Assembly (NCBI GenBank): GCA_001782235.1
Contig: MFOC01000007.1
Location: 315,909 to 379,908 of the forward strand
Direction of reading: 5' to 3'
Source: Candidatus Levybacteria bacterium RIFCSPHIGHO2_02_FULL_40_18
Lineage (GTDB): Bacteria; Patescibacteriota; Microgenomatia; Levybacterales; GWA1-39-11
DNA length: 64,000 nt
Shown here: positions 10,362 to 18,980 of the stretch, in pieces
Position numbering within the stretch: position 1 is the first letter of the stretch
How the letters are laid out: each line of letters begins with the position of its first letter
Notes under the pieces: generated by a model
The model's database searches: none
Told to the model about the DNA's origin: nothing
What the model saw: the letters and a program-made list of their open reading frames with translations, nothing else
Position numbers and translations under genes: made by a program

Positions 10362-12017
10362 TTACCAGTTTTCCCTGAGGTGATGCATTGCGTATTCGAG
10401 GGAGCCATTGACTTTTTTGCCGCGATTGAAAATATTCTCCGGGTCAAATATTTTTTTGGTTTCTTCAAAAAGTTTGACGATTTTTTCTCCGTACATTTGT
10501 TTAAGATAGGGAGTTCTGATTAATCCGTCGTTATGTTCTCCCGTTGTCGAACCCCTGTATTCTGTAACTATTTTATACACTTTATTTGAAATCTCAGGAA
10601 TTGCGGTTCTAACTCTTGGATTTTTAATATCAACCAATGGAATTATGTGAAAATTGCCGTTTCCAACGTGTCCTGCAACCGTATAAATAAACTCAGGATA
10701 TTGTTTGAGGATGTCCGTAACCCGCGGCAAAACCTCCGAAATATATTCCGGCTTTATTACAAAATCATCTATAAAAGGAGCTGTGTGCTTATCTCGTATT
10801 TTTTTACGAAGCAAATTAAAACTTTCACGGCGGACCAGCCAATATTTTTTTTCCTGCCCTTCCTCGGCAGTTTGGGTGGTAGGGTGAAGCGGCTTTAATT
10901 TCTCGCGTAGCGCTTGAAGTTTGTCTTCAACCTCGCGTCTTTCATTGCTAGTAAAATCAACCTGAAGAACGAGTTTAGGTAGTTTTCTCCCGGTGAATAA
11001 TTCGAAGAATGCCGGCAAAAAAGCAAGTCCTGCCTCAATCATTCCAAAAAGCCCAAGCTGTTTTGCGAATTCGGGGAAATACTTGAGCGCCAATTTTAAT
11101 GTATTGTCATCATATGACTCAAAACTTTCAGGATTAAGTTCGAGAACCGCGTTAATTATTTGCCCAAGATGAGACATGTCATGAAGGTAAATGATTAACA
11201 TTCCACGGTGTTCGTGAACCGGAACAAGTTCAAGATCCCCCTCAAGCATTAGCCCTAATGTTCCTTGTGCGCCAACCCAAAGTTGAGTTAAGTCGAATGC
11301 TTTTTGTTCGCGATCATATACGTTCCAAAGAAAATATCCCGCCGAATTTTTTGACACATCCGGTTTTGCGTTCATAATCTCATCATAGTTATCATTTATT
11401 AGCTTATACATTTTTTGGTAAATTTCTCCTTCAAAATCGTTTTGCGACATTTTTTCTTTTAGTTCTTGTTCGCCAAGTTTTTTAAATTCATAAGTTTTCC
11501 CGTCTGATAGAACCACTTTTACGCGCCTTACATAATTTTCCGTTTTTCCATATTGGAGCGATTTTTCCCCTCCGGAATTATTATTAAATATTCCTCCCAT
11601 TGCACAGATTCCTTTCGATGCCGGATAAGAAGGGAAAATTAAATTGCGTTTTAATGTTTCTGTCTCGAAATCTCGATAAAAAACGCCCGGCTCTGTTGTC
11701 GAAATATTTCCATTTAGAACAGGTGTATGGTTAAAGTATTTACCAAAAGCTACAATAATCGATTCTGAAAGCGCTCCGCCGCTCATGTCAGTCCCCGCGG
11801 CACGCCCTGTGAGTGAAAGGCCGGGATTTTCTTTTTTATGTTTATTAACAAAATTAACTAGAGACTCAACGTCTTCTTGATCGCGAGGAAAAACCACAAC
11901 CTGGGGTTTCACTTCGAACAATGAAGCATCATGACTATATTCTGTAAGTGTCGTTTCGTCAGTTGAAATATCACCTTTTAAAGATTGTTTAAGCTCCTTT
12001 ATAAGATCATTGTTCAT
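10362..12017 (-). CDS. FAD-binding oxidoreductase (GlcD/D-lactate dehydrogenase-like)
   Basis: RAAGTDMSG, GGIFNNNSGG, GHVGNGNFH and GEHNDG motifs. Confidence 0.9.
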   Translation of the reverse strand: MNNDLIKELKQSLKGDISTDETTLTEYSHDASLFEVKPQVVVFPRDQEDVESLVNFVNKHKKENPGLSLTGRAAGTDMSGGALSESIIVAFGKYFNHTPVLNGNISTTEPGVFYRDFETETLKRNLIFPSYPASKGICAMGGIFNNNSGGEKSLQYGKTENYVRRVKVVLSDGKTYEFKKLGEQELKEKMSQNDFEGEIYQKMYKLINDNYDEIMNAKPDVSKNSAGYFLWNVYDREQKAFDLTQLWVGAQGTLGLMLEGDLELVPVHEHRGMLIIYLHDMSHLGQIINAVLELNPESFESYDDNTLKLALKYFPEFAKQLGLFGMIEAGLAFLPAFFELFTGRKLPKLVLQVDFTSNERREVEDKLQALREKLKPLHPTTQTAEEGQEKKYWLVRRESFNLLRKKIRDKHTAPFIDDFVIKPEYISEVLPRVTDILKQYPEFIYTVAGHVGNGNFHIIPLVDIKNPRVRTAIPEISNKVYKIVTEYRGSTTGEHNDGLIRTPYLKQMYGEKIVKLFEETKKIFDPENIFNRGKKVNGSLEYAMHHLRENW

Positions 12018-12024
12018 ACAGAAA

Positions 12025-12150
12025 AAGGAAAGTGGTTATTTGAGATTAGAGAATAGTAATAGAAATTGGAAATTGGAGAATAGCTATTTTTCTATTCCCT
12101 ATTATCTATTTTCCATTACTAATTTTCATTTTCCAATAACTATTTTCTAG
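12025..12150. repeat. 7-nt-period inverted-arm element (family A, diverged copy)
   Basis: GAAATTG/GAATAG-type left arm; right arm TTTCCATTACTAATTTTCATTTTCCAATAACTATTTTCTA matches the 29591-29733 element. Confidence 0.75.
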
Positions 12151-13129
12151 ATATAGCTTTTTTAACTGCTGCAATTACGGCGTCTTTGTCCATTTTGTAT
12201 TTTTTAATTAATTCGGCAGGTTTTCCCGATTCTCCAAAAGTATTTTGAAGACCAACGAATTCCATCGGGACAGATTTGTTTCGAACAAGAACTTCTGCAA
12301 TTGCACCTCCCAAGCCTCCTGTGATTTGATGGTCTTCTACTGAAACTGCGGTTCCTGCCTTTTGGGTGAGTTCGAGTATTGATTTTTCATCAATTGGTTT
12401 TATTGTTGAAACATTAGCAACAATCACTTCGATTCCTTGGATTGCGAGTTCTTTTGCGGCGAGGAGCGCCTGGTACAAGAGCCAGCCCATGCTAAAGATT
12501 ACTACCTGAGGTTTATTCGAAGTCCAAAAGACTTGAATTCTCCCGGGCTCAAAAGGAGTTTTTTCGGTGGTCATCACAGGGCTTTTGTCTCGAGTAAATC
12601 TTAGATAAACAGGCCCCTTTATTTTTCCTGCTTCAACAGTTGCTTTTTTGGCTTCAATTGCGTCACAGGGTACGAAAATCTTGATATTTGGCCATGCTCG
12701 GACTGACGCAATATCTTCTGTTGCTTGGTGAGTTGCACCATCAGGGCCTGTCATAATCCCCGAATGATGCCCTGCGATTTTAACATTTGAATCGTTATAT
12801 ATAATAGTTGTACGAATTGTTTCCCAATTCTTTCCGGGAGAAAAAGTTGCGTAAGATGAAATAAAGGCGGTTTTTCCTGAAATTCCAAGGCCGGCAGCGA
12901 TAGCGGCCATGTTTTGTTCGGCAACTCCCACTTCAAAAAAGCGGTCTGGGAATTTTTTAGCAAAGTCTTCAGATTTGGTCGACTCTGTTAAATCAGCACA
13001 AAGAACTACAACATTTGGATCTTGTTCGCCCAATTCTACAAGACCCGCGCCGTAGCCGGATCTCGTTGCATCCATCTCAACATCCTTATCAAAAAGTTTA
13101 GGGTTCAGTTTTAAATCAGGATTTAACAT
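12140..13129 (-). CDS. Transketolase, C-terminal (pyrimidine-binding) subunit
   Basis: EVGVAEQNM, GPDGATHQ, GPVYLR and EDHQITGGLG motifs. Confidence 0.95.
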   Translation of the reverse strand: MLNPDLKLNPKLFDKDVEMDATRSGYGAGLVELGEQDPNVVVLCADLTESTKSEDFAKKFPDRFFEVGVAEQNMAAIAAGLGISGKTAFISSYATFSPGKNWETIRTTIIYNDSNVKIAGHHSGIMTGPDGATHQATEDIASVRAWPNIKIFVPCDAIEAKKATVEAGKIKGPVYLRFTRDKSPVMTTEKTPFEPGRIQVFWTSNKPQVVIFSMGWLLYQALLAAKELAIQGIEVIVANVSTIKPIDEKSILELTQKAGTAVSVEDHQITGGLGGAIAEVLVRNKSVPMEFVGLQNTFGESGKPAELIKKYKMDKDAVIAAVKKAISRK

Positions 13130-13135
13130 AATAAG

Positions 13136-13236
13136 AACTCAAAACTTAAAACTCAAAACTCAAATCTACAACTTTAAATCTTAAAACTTTTTAGATTTGA
13201 GATGTAGTTTTGACATTTGACATTTGAGATTTGACA
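13136..13236. repeat. 7-nt-period inverted-arm element (AAACTCA / TTTGACA units)
   Basis: AACTCAAAACTTAAAACTCAAAACTCAAATCTACAAC ... GATGTAGTTTTGACATTTGACATTTGAGATTTGACA fills the intergenic gap. Confidence 0.8.
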
Positions 13237-13240
13237 TGAA

Positions 13241-14104
13241 TTATTGGTGTTCGCTTATAATCTTACCTTCAAGAGTCCTTAATTCTTTCAGTGCCTTTTT
13301 AGCTTCCTCCTCATTTGGCGGCTTTCCATGCCACTCAAATTTATTTTCCATAAAATCAACACCTTTTCCCGGAATTGTATGGGCAATTATCACAGATGGT
13401 TTTTGGTGAACAGCTTGCGCCTGATTTACTGCCTCGGTAAAGGCTCGGATATTATGTCCATCGACATCCTGCACGAACCAATTAAATGCTTCATATTTTG
13501 AACGTAAAAATTCAAGCGGCATTACGTTTTCCGTATATCCGTCTATTTGAATATTATTCCGGTCAATTATTACTGTTAAATTGTCAAGTTTATTTTTGGC
13601 TGCAAACATGGCTGCTTCCCAAGTATTTCCTTCTTGGTGTTCGCCATCTGACGCAATGCAGTAGACATGATAGTCTTTCTTGTCCAAACGTCCTGCAAGG
13701 GCCATTCCGATTGATTGAGATATTCCTTCACCAAGTGGGCCGGAAGTTGTTTCTACGCCCGGGAGGGCGGATCTATGAGGATGCCCTTGTAAACGCGAAT
13801 TAATTTTTCGCAGAGTTTTAAGTTCGGCGGCAGGGAAATATCCTGCCATTGCCATGGCAACGTAGCGAATAGGACAGATGTGTCCGTTTGATAAGACCAG
13901 ACGGTCACGGTCTGTCCAGAAAGGGTTCTTTGGATCGTGATTTAAAATATGAAAGTAAAAGGCGATAAAAATATCCGCCATTCCCAAAGGCCCTGCAGAG
14001 TGTCCTGATCCTGCCTCAAGTAAAGTTTCGATCACAAGTTCCCGCGCGCGAGTTGCTTTAAGCTCGAGATCTTTTAATTTTTCGTCATGTATTTCTTCTA
14101 ACAT
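13241..14104 (-). CDS. Transketolase, N-terminal (TPP-binding) subunit
   Basis: GSGHSAG, RDRLVLSNGH, LQGHP, SDGEHQEG..WEA motifs. Confidence 0.95.
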   Translation of the reverse strand: MLEEIHDEKLKDLELKATRARELVIETLLEAGSGHSAGPLGMADIFIAFYFHILNHDPKNPFWTDRDRLVLSNGHICPIRYVAMAMAGYFPAAELKTLRKINSRLQGHPHRSALPGVETTSGPLGEGISQSIGMALAGRLDKKDYHVYCIASDGEHQEGNTWEAAMFAAKNKLDNLTVIIDRNNIQIDGYTENVMPLEFLRSKYEAFNWFVQDVDGHNIRAFTEAVNQAQAVHQKPSVIIAHTIPGKGVDFMENKFEWHGKPPNEEEAKKALKELRTLEGKIISEHQ

Positions 14105-14105
14105 G

Positions 14106-15440
14106 CTATTTTCTTAGTACTATTATTAAATCAGATACATTGGAAGGAAGTCTACCCGTAGTAAGATTATCCCGAGTTTTCTTGAAGAACTCAAAACTAT
14201 TGTTGGTTTCCAAATATTTTAGGGGTTCAATCTCTAATTTTTTTGCTCTCTCGATAGTTTTATAGTCGCCAATTGCGCCTGCATGTTCGGTATTGTCCCA
14301 TCCGTCTGAAGCGAACGAACAAATTGTAATATCGCGGCCGACATGCTCAAGTGCTCCTAAAACTAGTTCTTGGTTTCGCCCGCCGCGACCCTCCCTCTGG
14401 GCCAGAGACTCTCTGGGCCGGAGACTCTTTTTTGCTACGTGAACGGTTGTTTCTCCCCCGCAAAGCAAGATCGAATTAAGATGAGTCTCAGAAATCAATT
14501 TTTTGCCTGCATCTCGTGCCTCTGATTCAAATCGATCGGAGAAAATCTCTGCATGGTAGCCTAGGTCTTTGGCCCCTTTTTGCATTGCAGAAAGTGCCGT
14601 ATCGTTACTTAAAACGATTATATTACGAACATTCTCAAAATATTTTTTATCATGAGGATTTTCAATAAAAGCGTCACGCGTCAAATTTAATTCTTGTTCG
14701 AGGTTATATTTTTTAATGATCCCAATTGCATCTTCAATTGTTGTTGGATCGTAGGCTGTTGGGCCTGAGGCAATGGTTGATAGATCATTTCCGGGAACAT
14801 CTGAATAAATCAAAGCTGCCACTTTTGCGGGGTACAAAATTTGAGCTAATCCTCCGCCTTTAACGTCCGATAAGTGCTTTCTGACTATATTCATTTCGGT
14901 AATATTTGCTCCGGATTTCAAAAGCGCTTTGCCGACCTCTATTTTTTGTTCGAGTGATATTGTATGCGGATGAACAAACATGGCAGACCCGCCGCCGCAA
15001 ATAACAACCAAAACAAGATCTTTTTCGGAAAGATTCGAAAGCCTTTCGAGAACCTTTTGGGTGAATTTAAAATTCGTTTCGGACGGAAGAGGATGAGTTC
15101 CCTTAGTAAATTCAAGTTTTTCAAGGCGAGGCCTTGCATGAGCTTGCCTTTCAGGGATGCTAGTATCGATCACGTAACCCTCCGTTAATTTGTCGGAAAT
15201 TAGATTTTCGAGTATCTTAGCATTCTCGGCCGAACCTTTTCCAAAGCCCAAGATAAAGACTCGTTCGAAATCATCCAGATCGAATTCCTGATCGCCGATC
15301 GTCAAAATATTCCCGTGTCTGTGAACGCTTGTTCTGAAAACCTCCTCCGGCTGAATCGAAGCAAGTGCAGCCTCAACAAGCTCTAAAATAATTTTTCTTT
15401 CAGGCGTCTTTGCAATCTCGGAGAAATTCTTAATAAACAT
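14106..15440 (-). CDS. Glycerate 2-kinase, MOFRL/DUF4147 family
   Basis: GFGK, HPLP, GGGSA, VRKHLS.VKGG, SDVPG..IASGPT, GGETTV, GGRNQE motifs. Confidence 0.92.
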   Translation of the reverse strand: MFIKNFSEIAKTPERKIILELVEAALASIQPEEVFRTSVHRHGNILTIGDQEFDLDDFERVFILGFGKGSAENAKILENLISDKLTEGYVIDTSIPERQAHARPRLEKLEFTKGTHPLPSETNFKFTQKVLERLSNLSEKDLVLVVICGGGSAMFVHPHTISLEQKIEVGKALLKSGANITEMNIVRKHLSDVKGGGLAQILYPAKVAALIYSDVPGNDLSTIASGPTAYDPTTIEDAIGIIKKYNLEQELNLTRDAFIENPHDKKYFENVRNIIVLSNDTALSAMQKGAKDLGYHAEIFSDRFESEARDAGKKLISETHLNSILLCGGETTVHVAKKSLRPRESLAQREGRGGRNQELVLGALEHVGRDITICSFASDGWDNTEHAGAIGDYKTIERAKKLEIEPLKYLETNNSFEFFKKTRDNLTTGRLPSNVSDLIIVLRK

Positions 15441-15590
15441 AGGCAGTTACAGTTTATCGAGATTGAGTTTTGTTGTCCAATTTGAATGTGATATAATACT
15501 TTTGGTTGAGCCAATGGAAATGTGGATTCAAACGATTCGAATTCTTCGAATAGCCTAATTTTAGGCAGGTCTTCTTTTGGCCACAACACA

Positions 15591-15662
15591 TTGTCATCCC
15601 CGACTTGATTGGGGAACCAGAAATAAAATAAAACTAGATTCCCGCTTTCGCGGGAATGACAA
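15591..15662. repeat. Paired palindromic element with TGTCAT...ATGACA termini
   Basis: TTGTCATCCCCGACTTGATTGGGGAACC ... GATTCCCGCTTTCGCGGGAATGACAA. Confidence 0.8.
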
Positions 15663-15669
15663 ATCAACT

Positions 15670-16827
15670 ATGGACGATAAAGCTAAATATAGAAAAAAGC
15701 TTGAGGAGGTCTCAAGGATTTCTCTTGAAGAAGCAAAGAGGCAAATTTTAGAAGAAGCAAGAGACGAGGCAAAAGAGGATATTGCCAAAATAATCCGTGA
15801 GGCAGAAGAGGAGGCAAAGGCCACAGCTAATATCAAATCCCGGGAAATTCTTGCAGATGCGCTTCGCCACGGAGCATTAGATATCATTCCCGAATATACT
15901 GTTTCAGTTATAAAAATTCCCGATGAAGACATCAAGGGAAGAATTATTGGTAAGGAAGGTCGCAATATCCGCGCTTTTGAGACCGCAACCGGCGTTGATG
16001 TAGGACTTGATGAGGAAGGGATGATTCGTTTATCTTCCTTTGATTCGGTCCGCCGCGAAATAGCAAGACGTGCCCTCGAACTACTAATTAAAGATACTCG
16101 AATTCAACCAATTCGCATAGAAGAAGTCGTCGAACAACAAAAAAAGGAAGTCTCAAGAATTCTCTTTGAAGAAGGTCAAAAAATTGCAGAAGAAATTGGG
16201 GTATTAAATATTCATCCTGATCTTCTGTCAATGTTAGGACGCTTTAAGTTCAGAACTTCTTTTGGGCAAAATTTGGTAGTCCATTCTCTTGAAGTAGCAA
16301 AAATTGCAAGTCACCTGGCAGTAGAAATTGGTGCGAATGTTGAAATTGCAAAACTCGGGGCACTTTTTCATGATATAGGTAAAGTTGTATCGGACAAAGA
16401 AGGAAGTCACGTGCAATTAGGAGTCGAATTATTACAAAAATACAAAATGCCTCGGGAGGTAATCAATGCGGTGGCAGAGCATCATGAAGATAAGCCATTC
16501 TCGTCAATCGAGTCAGTTCTTGTATATATTGCGGATGCGGCGTCCGGCGGCCGCCCCGGCGCGCGTCATGAAGACGTTGAGGGATACGTTAAGAGAATCC
16601 GCGACATGGAGGAGATTGCAAAAGGGTTCAACGGAGTAACAGATGCATTTGCTTTTGAAGCAGGGAGAGAACTACGTGTAGTCATGGATCCCGGGAAAAT
16701 GGATGACATTGAAACTACAATTGCCGCCAAAAGAATAAAAGAAGAAATCGATAAAAAACTGATTGTCCCGGGCGTTGTTCGAGTAACAGCGATCCGCGAA
16801 TTTCGAGTTTCCGAACCAAAAGAGTAA
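15670..16827 (+). CDS. rny: Ribonuclease Y (no N-terminal membrane anchor visible)
   Basis: KH domain KGRIIGKEGRNIRAFE, HD domain FHDIGK, DA.SGGRPGAR, AGRELRV. Confidence 0.95.
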   Translation: MDDKAKYRKKLEEVSRISLEEAKRQILEEARDEAKEDIAKIIREAEEEAKATANIKSREILADALRHGALDIIPEYTVSVIKIPDEDIKGRIIGKEGRNIRAFETATGVDVGLDEEGMIRLSSFDSVRREIARRALELLIKDTRIQPIRIEEVVEQQKKEVSRILFEEGQKIAEEIGVLNIHPDLLSMLGRFKFRTSFGQNLVVHSLEVAKIASHLAVEIGANVEIAKLGALFHDIGKVVSDKEGSHVQLGVELLQKYKMPREVINAVAEHHEDKPFSSIESVLVYIADAASGGRPGARHEDVEGYVKRIRDMEEIAKGFNGVTDAFAFEAGRELRVVMDPGKMDDIETTIAAKRIKEEIDKKLIVPGVVRVTAIREFRVSEPKE

Positions 16828-16911
16828 CAATGTTCAGGTAATGCCACTTGCTTAGTCGCTCGTGTCTTCAAAAAAGTACACTTCGCGCCTTTGGATTACT
16901 AAATCAGTCTA

Positions 16912-16940
16912 TTGACAAATGCCTTTTTAAGAGTTATTGT
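16912..16940 (+). promoter_or_regulatory. Sigma70-type promoter upstream of hup leader
   Basis: TTGACA-17 nt-TATTGT. Confidence 0.6.
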
Positions 16941-16968
16941 TATATCAATATAAACTCATTATGACTCA

Positions 16969-17116
16969 CCCGCCTATTCTTACTTCAAGCCTTTTCATCC
17001 CGATTTAATCGGGATTCGGTACCATTCGTACACGGCTTGAAGAGCGAATTATGGCGGGCATAAGAAATTGTAAGACTCACTTCGCTCGTCAACAATTTCT
17101 AATGAGGGGTGGTGAT
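16969..17116 (+). ncRNA. Putative structured cis-regulatory RNA in hup 5' leader (copy 1)
   Basis: Homologous to 39381-39504 with compensatory changes in five helical segments. Confidence 0.75.
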
Positions 17117-17122
17117 AAATAA

Positions 17123-17407
17123 ATGGCAAAATCTGTAACTAAAAAAGAGCTGATTGAGCTCGTAGCAAAAAAAGCAAACCTCACAAATAAGGCATCAAAA
17201 GAAGCAACTAAAGTCTTTCTTAATGGTATTCGAGACTCGTTAAAACGTGGAGAGAAGGTGGTTTTGACAGGATTTGGTACATTTTCGCTCCGAGCGAGAA
17301 AGCAAAGAAAAGGAAGAAATCCAAAGACAGGCGAAACAATTACTATCCCGGCAAGAAATGCCCCCGGATTTACACCCGGAAAAAGTCTCAAGAAAGCTGT
17401 AAGATAG
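17123..17407 (+). CDS. hup: DNA-binding protein HU
   Basis: TKKELI, GEKVVLTGFGTF..RARKQRKGRNPKTGETITIPA..PGF.PGK.LK. Confidence 0.97.
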   Translation: MAKSVTKKELIELVAKKANLTNKASKEATKVFLNGIRDSLKRGEKVVLTGFGTFSLRARKQRKGRNPKTGETITIPARNAPGFTPGKSLKKAVR

Positions 17408-17412
17408 CCCAC

Positions 17413-18315
17413 GTGAAGGCAATATTTATAGTAGGTCCAACAGCCGTTGGTAAAACGGATCTAGCATTCGGTATTTCTAAGGTTATTCCATCCATTTTAA
17501 TTTCTGCCGATTCTGTACAGGCTTACCGGGGCGCTGACATAATTTCGGGAAAAGATAAATCGGTTAAGACATATCTTCTTGATGTGGCACCCGCAACTCA
17601 GCCTTTTTCGGTCCGGGATTTTGTTGAAAATGTTCGACACATTGTTAAAAAAGCAAGGCTAGAAGGCAGAATCCCTATAGTTGTTGGGGGTACTGGTTTT
17701 TATATTGATGCGCTTTTTAGGAAAATCGATACTCTTTCTATTCCGCCTAATCAGGTTCTTCGAGAAAAACTTGAAAAATTGACTGTCAAAAAACTTCAGG
17801 AAAAATTAAAAAAACTATCCCTTGATCGCTTTCTTAAAATGAATAAGTCCGATGTTAGTAATAAAAGAAGGTTAATTCGTGCAATTGAGATAGCCCAGTC
17901 TAAGAAGCGAAACATAAAGAGCGATGAGTCAATTTTTAACCCCTCTGAAGTATTAATTATTGGGCTTAAAGCCTCGATGGACAATTTGAGAAAGCGAATT
18001 GCTGATCGCGTAGAGAAGAGGCTCGCGATAGGAGCAGTTGATGAAGCTAAAGAGTTATTTAAAGAGTACGAACATTTATCTCCCCAGCTAAAAACGGCCA
18101 ACGGATATAGGCAATTATTTGAATATCTAAAAGGAAAATTGACGTATAATGTGGCAAAAGAAGCATGGATAAATTCTGAAGTAAAAACTGCCAGGAATCA
18201 AATGACATGGCTTAAGAAGAACAAAAATATTAAATGGTTCGATATTGGCAAGAGAGATCTTGAGAGTAGAATTTCAAAGCTTATTGAAGAAGAGTTTGTG
18301 CTAGGAAGAGAGTAA
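17413..18315 (+). CDS. miaA: tRNA dimethylallyltransferase
   Basis: GPTAVGKT, ISADS.Q.YRG.DI, VGGTGFY, RRLIRAIE, Q.TW motifs. Confidence 0.93.
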   Translation: MKAIFIVGPTAVGKTDLAFGISKVIPSILISADSVQAYRGADIISGKDKSVKTYLLDVAPATQPFSVRDFVENVRHIVKKARLEGRIPIVVGGTGFYIDALFRKIDTLSIPPNQVLREKLEKLTVKKLQEKLKKLSLDRFLKMNKSDVSNKRRLIRAIEIAQSKKRNIKSDESIFNPSEVLIIGLKASMDNLRKRIADRVEKRLAIGAVDEAKELFKEYEHLSPQLKTANGYRQLFEYLKGKLTYNVAKEAWINSEVKTARNQMTWLKKNKNIKWFDIGKRDLESRISKLIEEEFVLGRE

Positions 18316-18683
18316 GCCAGATTCTGTTTTCTCGCCTCGATTCGAGTCGAAGCGGGTCGATTGCCATCTATCTCTGTTTCGATAAAGTGTCGAATCAGCC
18401 CCGATTTTACGGGATGCCCTAAACCTTGATGCTCCTGTAATGTAAGTAATAACGCATCAATTCGTAGGTTGCAGCGGGTAGGATTTCCCGTTTCACTTCT
18501 GCTCGTCTCTGTTGATCTCAAATCCTGTTGATTCAGAATCTGTTTCGAACCCCGTTTAGCAGAGTAAGGATCCGAAAACTAGCCATTTCTGATCGGAACT
18601 TACGTTCCATCCCCGACATTACGCCTGTCTGGACTTTCCTAGAGGTACCGTCTGGTACCCCTCGACAATCCTTCTTCCTAGCA
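18299..18683 (-). ncRNA. rnpB: RNase P RNA
   Basis: Minus strand contains AGGAAAGTCCAGAC, TGAAACGGGAAATCCTACCCGCTGCAA, AGATAGATG and ACAGAATCTGGCTTA in canonical order; closing P1 TGCTAGGAAG/CTTCCTAGCA. Confidence 0.92.
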
Positions 18684-18737
18684 TAGTTAATTATACAACA
18701 ATGGGGGATCCGATGCAAACTATAAGCTCAATTGGTC

Positions 18738-18962
18738 TCACATTAATTCCCGAACAATGTAGTGGGTTATGTAGAGAATTACGAAACCTATTATAAAAGA
18801 AGCAGAAAATGATAATGTAGGATTTTCAGGGAAAAGATAAATATCCATTAGTCCCCACGCTCCTCTCCAAAAAGATACAACAGCAATCCCAATCCCAATA
18901 GCCATTATTAGCTTATGGTGAATTTTATATTTTATTTTATAGCGATGTGGAGACTTGGGCAT
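18738..18962 (-). CDS. Small membrane protein
   Basis: Two hydrophobic helices with FWRGAWGLMDIYLFP motif. Confidence 0.75.
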   Translation of the reverse strand: MPKSPHRYKIKYKIHHKLIMAIGIGIAVVSFWRGAWGLMDIYLFPENPTLSFSASFIIGFVILYITHYIVRELM

Positions 18963-18980
18963 ATTTTAAGCATAGCAAAA

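Noticed and set aside
16969-17116. Leader as T-box, 6S RNA or a common riboswitch
   Set aside because: I could not find the T-box sequence, the 6S central bubble and length, or signature motifs of SAM, TPP, FMN, purine or c-di-GMP classes. An Rfam scan is still needed.
18198-18718. ORFs 18198-18521 and 18533-18718
   Set aside because: They overlap the RNase P RNA and have no protein motifs.
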